Shown: positions 36,310 to 48,300 of the stretch, piece after piece | How the letters are laid out: the number at the start of each line of letters is the position of its first letter | How positions within the stretch are numbered: position 1 is the first letter of the stretch | From: Macrostomum hystrix | Lineage: Eukaryota > Animalia > Platyhelminthes | DNA length: 64,000 bases | Reading direction: 5' to 3' | Assembly: GCA_950097015.1 (NCBI GenBank) | Contig: CATNEN010000025.1 | Span: 9,424,001-9,488,000, forward strand | Program-made: the position numbers and the translations under genes | Notes under the pieces: model-generated | Database searches by the model: none | What the model saw: only the letters and a program-made list of their open reading frames with translations | Told to the model about the DNA's origin: nothing

Positions 36310-39300
36310 TCATAGCACCTGCTCGTGCGGCAGCTTCACCCTGGGTGGATAGAAGGTGTGGGTCAGCTTGTAGTTAAGCAGGTTGGTGATGGAGGACATA
36401 TATACGTCGGCGTAGCGAGCCAGACGGCGACAAAAGAATGAGACGTGATTGTGGGTGCGAAATATGGACCCGAAGTAGATGTTAGTCATGCCGGAGATGT
36501 CTTCAAGTAGGTGGCGCCGCTCTTCAAGCCAGAGATCCAGCAGGCCGCGACAATCCGGATGGCTGTCGTACACCTGCGATTAGTTTAGAAGCGTGAGAAC
36601 CATAGTTGAACTCTTTGTGCAGAAATCTCATTCCAATGGATTGATTCAATTATGAAATCTCGGAGTGAGATATGGCAATTTAGATGTGAGATATGGATTC
36701 TCAGAGTGAGATAAGACAGTAGCAAAGAATCTCAGGGTGAGATAAGACAGTAGCAAAGAATCTTAGGGTGAGATAAGACAGTAGCAAAGAATCTCAGGGT
36801 GAGATAGGACAGTAGCAAAGAATCTCAGGGTGAGATAGGACAGTAGCAAAGAATCTCAGGGTGAGATAAGACAGTAGCAAAGAATCTCAGGGTGAGATAA
36901 GACAGTAGCAAAGAATCCCATGGTGAGATAGGACAGTAGCAAAGAATCTCAGGGTGAGATAAGACAGTAGCAAAGAATCTCAGGGTGAGATAAGACAGTA
37001 GCAAAGAATCTCAGGGTGAGATAAGACAGTAGCAAAGAATCTCAGGGTGAGATAAGACAGTAGCAAAGAATCTCAGGGTGAGATAAGACAGTAGCAAAGA
37101 ATCTCAGGGTGAGATAAGACAGTAGCAAAGAATCTCAGGGTGAGATATGATCAGTTGATACATAACATGGCTGTGTCTGTGTCAGCCCACACCTGCATCT
37201 CGGAGATGAGCTTCTCCAGCTGGTCCAGCCAGTACACATTCTCCCTATAGCGCTCCGAGGACATTGAGCGCAGCTCCTGGGCCAGCTCGGGAATGACCGC
37301 CCCGGTGCGCCAGCCGTGCTGCAGAGAGGCGTCTAACAGGTCTGAGGACACGTGATCTCCGCAGAACAGGGTCCGCTCACCCTTCCACTGGGTAAGCTGG
37401 CGCAAAGCGGTAACATTGCCCTCGCTATAGACACAGTGCGGCTCCAGAGATTCAACGGAGTGCCACGAGGGCAGGCCGCCCACTGTGCACAGGTGGCGAA
37501 ACGGCCTGGCCAGGAGGGAAAACAAATAAGCAACTAAGAAAAATAGTTTACACTCGCAATTCGACTACTAACAGTAGCCGAGCTCAAATCTCCCTAGATA
37601 AAAAACGACACTAATTTATCTAAAAAACATTGGATCATAATTTCCAGCACTGTTTCTTTCTGGATTACACATCACACCACTTGACCCTTTTGCCATTCCT
37701 AATCCAACCTTCCCATTCCTAATCCAACCTTCCCATTCCTTATCCAACCTTTCCATTCCTTATCCAACCTTTCCATTCCTTATCCAACCTTCCCATTCCT
37801 TATCCAACCTTTCCATTCCTTATCCAACCTTCCCATTCCTTATCCAACCTTTCCATTCCTTATCCAACCTTTCCATTCCTAATCCAACCTTCCCATTCCT
37901 TATCCAACCTTCCCATTCCTTATCCAACCTTTCCATTCCTAATCCAACCTTTCCATTCCTAATCCAACCTTCCCATTCCTTATCCAACCTTTCCATTCCT
38001 TATCCAACCTTTCCATTCCTTATCCAACCTTCCCATTCCTTATCCAACCTTCCCATTCCATATCCAACCTTCCCATTCCTTATCCAACCTTCCCATTCCT
38101 TATCCAACCTTCCCATTCCTTATCCAACTATCCCATTCCTTATCCAACCTTTCCATTCCTTATCCAACCATCCCATTCCTTTTCCAACCTTCCCATTCCT
38201 TATCCAACCTTTCCATTCCTTATCCAACCATCCCATTCCTTATCCAACCTTTCCATTCCTTATCCAACCATCCCATTCCTTATCCAACCTTTCCATTCCT
38301 TATCCAACCTTTCCATTCCTAATCCAACCTTCCCATTCCTTATCCAACCTTCCCATTCCTTATCCAACCTTTCCATTCCTAATCCAACCTTTCCATTCCT
38401 AATCCAACCTTCCCATTCCTTATCCAACCTTTCCATTCCTTATCCAACCTTCCCATTCCTTATCCAACTATCCCATTCCTTATCCAACCTTTCCATTCCT
38501 TATCCAACCATCCCATTCCTTTTCCAACCTTCCCATTCCTTATCCAACCTTTCCATTCCTTATCCAACCATCCCATTCCTTATCCAACCTTTCCATTCCT
38601 TATCCAACCATCCCATTCCTTTTCCAACCTACTAACTTTTTATCCAGCCTTCAAATTCTTTATCCAGCCTTCGAATTCTCTATCCAGCCTTATTCCAGCA
38701 ACAATGGGCCTAAGCGCTCACTTGGAGGTGCTAGTGAAGAAGAACGGCTTCCTAGCCTGAACCACAATCAGGTCGAAATACTGGCGCCAGTCCTTGCCTA
38801 GCAGGTAGGTGAGGCCGCCATTGCTGAAATTTTGCACGTGGTTTCGGAAAAGAATTGATTCTGCCCACAAGAAAAATGCAGCAATGCAAAAATGAAACAA
38901 TCTCATTAATATGACTTCCTTTTTAAGTGGGATCGAATGGTTTTTAAGCGGAAACAAGACTTGCATTAAATGCTCACATAAAATTATAGTTGCTGTTAGA
39001 CACCAGGAACACCTTCTTGCCGTTTCGCTGCAGACGCGCAAGAAGCGGCTCCAGCCGGCTGTCGCGCCGCAGATAGCGCTCCGGGTCACGCACAATCTCG
39101 TCGTGCAGCTTGCCGCTGCGATGCAGCTGTTCCATGCTGGCGCGCACATCGGCGTGAAGCTGCATCGGGTCGAACTGGATGTTGCGCAGCTCCAGGTACT
39201 GCGGGCGTAGTAGTAGCAGCAGCAGTAGTAGTAGCAGTAGTAGCAGCAGCAGTAGTAGTAGCAGTAGTAGCAGTAGTAGTCGTAGTAGTAGCAGTAGTAG

Positions 39301-42300
39301 TAATAATAGTAGTAGTAGTAGTAGCAGTAGTAGTAGCAGTAGTAGTAGCAGTAGTAGTAGTAGTAGCAGTAGTAGTAGCAGTAGTAGTAGTAGCAGTAGT
39401 AGTGGTAGCAGTCGTAGTAGTAGTAGCAGTAGCAGTAGTAGTAGCAGTAGTAGTAGCAGTAGCAGTAGCAGTAGTAGTGGTAGTAGTAGTAGCAGTAGTA
39501 GCAGTAGTATTAGTAGTAGCAGTAGTAGCAGTAGTAGTAGTAGTATTAGTAGTAGCAGTAGTAGCAGTAGTAGTAGTAGTAGTAGTAGTAGTAGCAGTAG
39601 TAGTAGTATACCGAAAACTTAACAAAAACAGTTTTTACCTCTATCAAATAGGCAAGCAAGTTCATTTCCGGCGCGGCAAATGAGTCGTTGAGTTGTACCA
39701 TGTATTCACTCTGAAATTATTTATCACCGTTCAACACGCTTTAATCTGGCAGTATATCTACTTACAATCTAGCTATAGATGTGGCTAAAATCTAGTTAAG
39801 CAATTCACTTAGATTCGACTTTGATCTCATTGTACAGTTGATTAGAATCTATGACAGTGTAGACGTTACTTGTAATTGAAAAAAACAGTTTTTAGTTACT
39901 GGCGATACAAACTTAACATTTCAGCTTGCAAGTTTATCCCAGTATTTTTGTCCATATTTTGGCAGTTTTTTAAGTAGAAGATAAAGCCATGCTGTATCTT
40001 ATATAAAACATAGATACCAGTGGCGTTTCTTCGGGATTATATTGAAGCTGAAATATAATCCCGGAGCGCGACTGTCTATGGGCAAACTCGCGCGCGTGGA
40101 GAGAGAAACGAGCCGGAAATATAATCCCGGAGAAGCCCAGTCAGTGTCTATGGCCCATATCGTTGGTGAACATTTGAGGGAGAGACGAGCCTGTTTGGCT
40201 GAGGAAGAGGGTAGAGCGGAGCGGACGAGCAAGTAACGCCCATACACAGTCAAACGCAAATCGCTAAAATGCGTAGAGTGATAAATCCGCTTGTGGATTA
40301 TTCGAAAGATTTTGTTGGTAACTTTGACCCGAATGTGTTGCCAGCCGCGTTCGTAGCGTCCGTAGAGTCACACCCTGATCGCGATATGCGTGAACATCAA
40401 TGGCTGGCCGCTGCGATGAATGAACAGCGAGAATTGGAGCTTGAAGATCTAGAAGGAGTAGTGCCAATCGACGGCGCGCTGAGAGAACTGGAAGGCACGG
40501 ACGGAGCGGTGAAAAACGGCGAGGCGGATGGCAGGCGTTTCGCTGTAGTCGGCGACATTGGGGTGTTAAACCAATCTGTTCGTCCGAGGGGCACTGTCAA
40601 TCGCAACAAGTGGGCCCTGCGAATCTTCCAAGAGTGGATAACTGCGCGTGGTAGCACCGTCACCGTGAAGCCCATCACGGAGTTCACCATCGAGGAGATT
40701 AATACGACGCTGGGCCGTTTCATCCATGAGGTGCGAAAAGTGAATGGCGACCGATATCCTGGCGGTTCACTCGTGTCAATCGCCGCTGGACTTCAGGCGG
40801 TCATTCGCGAGGCCAATCCGACTGTTGATCTGTTCAAGTCTGCGGAGCTGCGGCCATTCAGAGACTCCCTGGACGCGGCCATGAAATTGTCAACCGCAGC
40901 TGGTTCGTCGCTCAACGCTAAGCCTGCTGGAATCCTCTGCGTGTCCGACGAGGAGAAGATCTGGCAGTCCGGAGTTCTCGGCGTGGACGATCCCGTCCGG
41001 TTGACGAAGACGCTCTTCTTCCTCAAAGAGTGCCTTGTTTACAAGGAGGCAACGTCAAAGACCAATCAAGGTGGCCTCAATGACAAACGGCACAAACTAG
41101 TGGACCGGGTATACGTCCCATCTACGTCCCATCTAGGCAACCGCATCTGCCACCTGACAGCGTTCAAGAAGTTTCTGAAGGTGCGACCATCAGGTGTGGA
41201 GAGGTTCTACCTGCAGCCAGCTAAGAACTGGGAGAGCAACACGGTGTGGTTCACATCCAGACCGATTGGCAAGAACCAATTGTGCAAGATGATGGCCGAC
41301 ATCACCACCGACTCTGGCGTGCCCAAGCTGACCAACCACAGCCTGAGGGCAACATGTGCGACGCGCCTGTACCAAGCCGGAGTGGACGAGCAGATTATCA
41401 TGGAGCGCACGGGACACGGCAGCGTAGAAGGCGTGCGCGCGTACAAGCGGACATCGATGAATCTGATCAAGACGTCAAGCCTGGTGGTCGACGGCAAGGT
41501 GGTCCCGGAGGTGGCAAGTGATTTGCGATGCGGCGGACACACGTTCGTCTTCAATAACTGCACGGTCGTGCAGAACATCGGGCCAACGAACGTCGGAGTG
41601 TCTTCTGATGGGCCTGTGTGAAGTATCCGCTGTATGAAACTGTGTTTCTCTGCCGCAAAGACTGTTTTGCATATCTCCCTGTCACCCTTCATATCGTTGT
41701 ACTTTTGTTTTTTCATTACTGGTTGTCGCTCACTGCTATTGAATGACGTTGAGTGGGTTTGCTTAATATCGTCTATGGCTGTAACCCAGCCAGGACTACA
41801 AAATAAAATCCCGGAGAGCGCCAAGTTACAGCGCCATATAATAACTCGCATCCCGCATAATTCGACTGGAAGTTCTTATAACTATGTTTTATATAACTAT
41901 AATAACTGCGCATTTTAAATGCCAATTCGTGGCGACGCCAACCCCAGGTTGTTAGGGTTATGAATGGCAAGGAACGTCGCATTGTTGAAATACTCAGTCA
42001 TTTAAATGCTCACTCTATAGCGTAAATTACATAGGGCTGACTAGCTGGTAGTCAGCCGCTTACTTTAGAAGCCTCACGACAAAAAATTGAATATAATCTA
42101 CATGCCTGTTCTCATTAAAAGCTAATTTGACCAATTGATAGATTTCTTATTAAAGCAAGACGGATCGGCAAAGGCTTGAACGCAGATACAATGCAGCTAA
42201 CAGGCTACTCCTTCTCCTCATGCCCAGGCTTTTACAAATCCCCAAAACCCAGCTAACTAATGAGCAAATCCTAGTGTTTATTATTCAATCCAGCACAGGA

Positions 42301-45300
42301 CAAGGAAATAAATTTCAGATAAAAATCGCGCAGCGCGCGTAGATGTAACTTCAACGAGAAGCAGTTGAGCACTAAAGCAGACTTTTTCAAGCTCTTTAAA
42401 TCTAGAATGCGTCGCTTTTCCATCGCGGATGCATTCATTTGGACTCTTTTAACAGCAGCGGCTGCAGACTCGGCCTGGATGCTCCAGCGAGACATCCTCG
42501 ACGAGTACAAGATGCTAGCAGTGAAGCCGGCTCTGAGCGACAGGCATTGCACAATTCTAGCCGAAAATGCGGATGCCCTGCAATTCGATCAAACAACCAA
42601 GACATGCAGCCTGCTGATCTGTAGTCGGGGAGCAAGTGGCTGCAGAAAGTGCCGACACGCTAGCAACTCAAGCCTTCCGCAGCTCTGTGCAAATTCAAAC
42701 AAAATTAATTTCCACTTAATGGGATTGTGTGCTCAAGGATGATGAGGAAAGCCAGGACAATGTACATTATGCGATTGTGTACCCAAGAATCATGACATAA
42801 GCCAGATCAATGAACACTGTGTGATTGTGCACCCAAGGATGATGACAGAAGCCAGGACAATGTACACTGTGCTATTTTGTACTCAAGGATGATGACATTG
42901 GCCAGGCCAATGTACATTGTGCGATTGTGCCATCAAACCACCATGTGTGAAATGGACAAAGTTGCCTCCTCGTTGGCTTTGAATCAAGCATAGCCAATCG
43001 ATTCTCTGACTTGTTATTTTTTATTTCGCGTTTCAGATGAAAGAGCCGTCACGCTGCTGGCGCACCTTCCAGCACCGAGTGGACGGTTCCATTGGCTTTA
43101 ATCGCAACTGGTTGGAGTACGTGAACGGATTCGGTCAGGGCGAGGACCTCAACTACTGGATGGGGCTGGAGCAGTTGCACCAGATCACCTCAACCGGGCT
43201 TTGGAGAGTTCGATGGGAGTTTTCCGTCTGGAACGACACCTGGTACTGGGCTGAGAATGCGCCGTTCTCTGTTGGCCCAGCGTCAAGCAAGTACAGGGCC
43301 ACAATGGGACAGTTGGATTCGAGCAGGTCCAACATTGGCCAGCAGACTAATGAACCTTGGTCGCCGAATAACAAGCAGTTCAGCACGCTAGACGCTGACA
43401 ATGATGTTTGGGACGGCGGCAGCTGCGCACAGGAAAGATCGGCTGGCTGGTGGTACGGCTGGTGCACCTTCATTGACGCGAATGGCATCTACAAGGAATA
43501 CCCGAATGTCTACTCGGGAGGCATTGTGTATTATCTAGACAACAATGGACCCTTGTTTAATAACTAATACTCTTTGAAGAGCTTCGAATGTCTGGTTGGC
43601 AACTGAATGCGATGACCTCATTTTTGGAATCCAAGTTTCAGGAAATACAATGGATTCTAAGGAGTGAAGGCCCGGGTTTCAGGAAATACAATGGATTCTA
43701 AGGAGTGAAGGCCCGGGTTTCAGGAAATACAATGGATTCTAAGGAGTGAAGGCCCGGGTTTCAGGAAATACAATGGATTCTAAGAAGTGAAGGCCCGGGT
43801 TTCAGGAAATACAATGGATTCTAAGGAGTGAAGACCCGGGTTTCAGGAAATACAATGGATTCTAAGGAGTGAAGACCCGGGTTTCAGGAAATACAACGGA
43901 TTCTAAGGAGTGAAGACCTGGGTTTCAGGAAATACAATGGATTCTAAGGAGTGAAGGCCCGGGTTTCAGGAAATACAACGGATTCTAAGGAGTGAAGACC
44001 TGGGTTTCAGGAAATACAACGGATTCTAAGGAGTGAAGGCCCGGGTTTCAGGAAATACAATGGATTCTAAGGAGTGAAGGCCCGGGTTTCAGGAAATACA
44101 ATGGATTCTAAGGAGTGAAGACCCGGGTTTCAGGAAATACAATGGATTCTAAGGAGTGAAGACCCGGGTTTCAGGAAATACAACGGATTCTAAGGAGTGA
44201 AGACCTGGGTTTCAGGAAATACAATGGATTCTAAGGAGTGAAGGCCCGGGTTTCAGGAAATACAACGGATTCTAAGGAGTGAAGACCTGGGTTTCAGGAA
44301 ATACAACGGATTCTAAGGAGTGAAGGCCCGGGTTTCAGGAAATACAATGGATTCTAAGGAGTGAAGGCCCGGGTTTCAGGAAATACAATGGATTCTAAGG
44401 AGTGAAGATGAGGGATTCAGGAAATACAACAGATTCTAAGGAGTGAAGGCCCGGGTTTCAGGAATACAATGGATTCTAAGGAGTGAAGGCCCGGGTTTCA
44501 GGAAATACAATGGATTCTAAGGAGTGAAGGCCCGGGTTTCAGGAAATACAATGGATTCTAAGGAGTGAAGGCCCGGGTTTCAGGAAATACAATGGATTCT
44601 AAGAAGTGAAGGCCCGGGTTTCAGGAAATACAACGGATTCTAAGGAGTGAAGACCTGGGTTTCAGGAAATACAATGGATTCTAAGGAGTGAAGGCCCGGG
44701 TTTCAGGAAATACAACGGATTCTAAGGAGTGAAGACCTGGGTTTCAGGAAATACAACGGATTCTAAGGAGTGAAGGCCCGGGTTTCAGGAAATACAATGG
44801 ATTCTAAGGAGTGAAGGCCCGGGTTTCAGGAAATACAATGGATTCTAAGGAGTGAAGATGAGGGATTCAGGAAATACAACAGATTCTAAGGAGTGAAGGC
44901 CCGGGTTTCAGGAATACAATGGATTCTAAGGAGTGAAGGCCCGGGTTTCAGGAAATACAATGGATTCTAAGGAGTGAAGGCCCGGGTTTCAGGAAATACA
45001 ATGGATTCTAAGGAGTGAAGATGAGGGATTCAGGAAATACAATGGATTCTAAGGAGTGAAGGCCCGGGTTTCAGGAATACAATGGATTCTAAGGAGTGAA
45101 GGCCCGGGTTTCAGGAAATACAATGGATTCTAAGGAGTGAAGGCCCGGGTTTCAGGAAATACAATGGATTCTAAGGAGTGAAGATGAGGGATTCAGGAAA
45201 TACAATGGATTCTAAGGAGTGAAGGCCCGGGTTTCAGGAAATACAATGGATTCTAAGGAGTGAAGGCCTGGGTTTCAGGAAATACAATGGATTCTAAGGA

Positions 45301-48300
45301 GTGAAGGCCTGGGATTAAGGAAATACAATGGATTCTAAGGAGTGAAGGCCCGGGTTTCAGGAAATACAATGGATTCTAAGGAGTGAAGGCCCGGGTTTCA
45401 GGAAATACAATGGATTCTAAGGAGTGAAGGCCCGGGTTTCAGGAAATACAATGGATTCTAAGAAGTGAAGGCCCGGGTTTCAGGAAATACAACGGATTCT
45501 AAGGAGTGAAGACCTGGGTTTCAGGAAATACAATGGATTCTAAGGAGTGAAGGCCCGGGTTTCAGGAAATACAACGGATTCTAAGGAGTGAAGACCTGGG
45601 TTTCAGGAAATACAACGGATTCTAAGGAGTGAAGGCCCGGGTTTCAGGAAATACAATGGATTCTAAGGAGTGAAGGCCCGGGTTTCAGGAAATACAATGG
45701 ATTCTAAGGAGTGAAGATGAGGGATTCAGGAAATACAACAGATTCTAAGGAGTGAAGGCCCGGGTTTCAGGAATACAATGGATTCTAAGGAGTGAAGGCC
45801 CGGGTTTCAGGAAATACAATGGATTCTAAGGAGTGAAGGCCCGGGTTTCAGGAAATACAATGGATTCTAAGGAGTGAAGATGAGGGATTCAGGAAATACA
45901 ATGGATTCTAAGGAGTGAAGGCCCGGGTTTCAGGAATACAATGGATTCTAAGGAGTGAAGGCCCGGGTTTCAGGAAATACAATGGATTCTAAGGCGTGAA
46001 GGCCCGGGTTTCAGGAAATACAATGGATTCTAAGGAGTGAAGATGAGGGTTTCAGGAAATACAATGGATTCTAAGGAGTGAAGGCCCGGGTTTCAGGAAA
46101 TACAATGGATTCTAAGGAGTGAAGGCCTGGGTTTCAGGAAATACAATGGATTCTAAGGAGTGAAGGCCCGGGTTTCAGGAAATACAATGGATTCTAAGGA
46201 GTGAAGGCCTGGGATTAAGGAAATACAATGGATTCTAAGGAGTGAAGGCCTGGGATTAAGGAAATACAATGGATTCTAAGGAGTGAAGGCCCGGGTTTCA
46301 GGAAATACAATGGATTCTAAGGAGTGAAGGCCTGGGATTAAGGAAATACAATGGATTCTAAGGAGTGAAGATGAGGGTTTCAGGAAATACAATGGATTCT
46401 AAGGAGTGAAGATGAGGGTTTCAGGAAATACAATGGATTCTAAGGAGTGAAGATGAGGGTTTCAGGAAATACAACGGATTTACAGCCACAAAACGAATAC
46501 TAATATTCGTCATTAAGGTTAAATTGTAGAGAGTTGAATTTCGTTTTTTTCTTAATCCTCTTCCTTATTTTCTAAGAAAACTCTCTGCTGAGTGAGAAGA
46601 GTGAGAAGTGCTCACATCTCCGAACTCTTTCAGATAGCTGTCCGGAATTCGAGTGCCCTTGTAGGTCTGGACAACCTGGTCGGCGCTGAGCGCCCGCAGG
46701 CCTCGGTAGACAGTGCCCGGCTGTATATTGTGCACGGCGTCAGTTTTCAGAAACAAGCCCCGCTTGATGTCGAAGTGCATGCCCCTGGCGGCGAAGCTGG
46801 GATTATAGAGAAAGTGCAACACGTTCCTTGGATAATTGTAGCGCTGAACTAGATGCCTCTTAGCCGATTCGAACATGAACGCGGCAACATTGTCGTTATA
46901 GTTGGCCAGAGTAAAGTCGTAATCAAAGCCATAGACGTCTATGTCCTGCAGTGAGACCTCCGTGTTGGTGAAGATCAGCGTGGCCCAGTTGCGATAGTCC
47001 GTTCGAGGTCGCTTTGATCTAAAGGGAGATTTGCACTGTTGCTATGGTAAACGAAAAAATGAGAGCTACAATAAAAACAGCACAGGCGCTGAAGATAACT
47101 ACTTAAAGGTTTCCTGAAGTGATAAGAAAAACTTTGCTGAAGAGCAGTAGGGGTCCGTGAAGAAGTCCGTGTCATTTTCATAACGGACTTCCTATTTAAG
47201 GATTTACATAAAGAACACTTGCATTTCTTTGAAGAACACTAGGATTTCCCTAAAGAACCGTAGGATTTGACTAAAGAACCGTAGGATTTTCCTAAAGAAC
47301 CGTAGGATTTGCCTAAAGAACCGTAGGATTTTCCTAAAGAACCGTAGGATTTGACTAAAGAACCGTAGGATTTTCCTAAAGAACCGTAGGATTTGCCTAA
47401 AGAACGTAGGATTTCCCTAAAGAACCGTAGGATTTCCCTAAAGAACGGTACGATTTCACTAAAGAATCGTAGTATTTCCCTGAATAACCTTAGGATTTCT
47501 CTAAATAACCGTAGTATTTCCTCCCCTAAAGAATCGTAGGATTTCCCTAAAGAACCGTAGGATTTCCCTAAAGAACCGTAGGATTTCCCTAAAGAACCGG
47601 GGGATTTCCCTAAAGAACCGTAGGATTTTCCTAAAGAACACTTGCATTTCTTTGAAGAACACTAGGATTTTCCTAAAGAACCGTAGGATTTGCCTAAAGA
47701 ACCGTAGGATTTTTCCTAAAAACCGTTGGATTTCCCTAAAGAATCGTAGGATGTCCCTAAAAAATCGTAGGATTTCCCTAAAGAACCGTAGGATTTTCCT
47801 AAAGAACCGTAGGATTTCCCTAAAGAACCGTAGGATTTCCCTAAAGAACCGTAGGATTTCCCTAAAGAACCGTAGGATTTCCCTAAAGAACCGTAGGATT
47901 TCCCTAAAGAATCGTAGGATGTACCTAAAAGACAGTAGGATTTAACTAAAGAACCTTTGGATTTCTCTGTAGGACTATCAGATTTCCCTAAATAATCGTA
48001 GGATTTCCCTAAAGAACCATAGGATTTCCCTAAAAACCGTTGGATTTCCCTGAAGAAGCGTAGGATTTCCCTAAAGAATCGTTGGATTTCCCTGAAGAAG
48101 CGTAGGATTTCCCTGAAGAAGCGTAGGATTTCCCTAAAGAACCGTTGGATTTCCCTGAAGAAGCGTAGGATTTCCCTAAAGAACCATAGGATTTCCCTAA
48201 AAACCGTAGGATTTCCCTAAAAACCGTAGGGTTTCCCTAAAAACCGTACGATTTCCCTAAAAACCGTTGGATTTCCCTAAAGAATCGTAGGATTTCCCTA

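Noticed and set aside
31765-46480. Regular 25-41-bp arrays as possible CRISPR arrays
   Set aside because: Units are head-to-tail with no unique spacers, there are no cas genes, and the context is eukaryotic and intronic.
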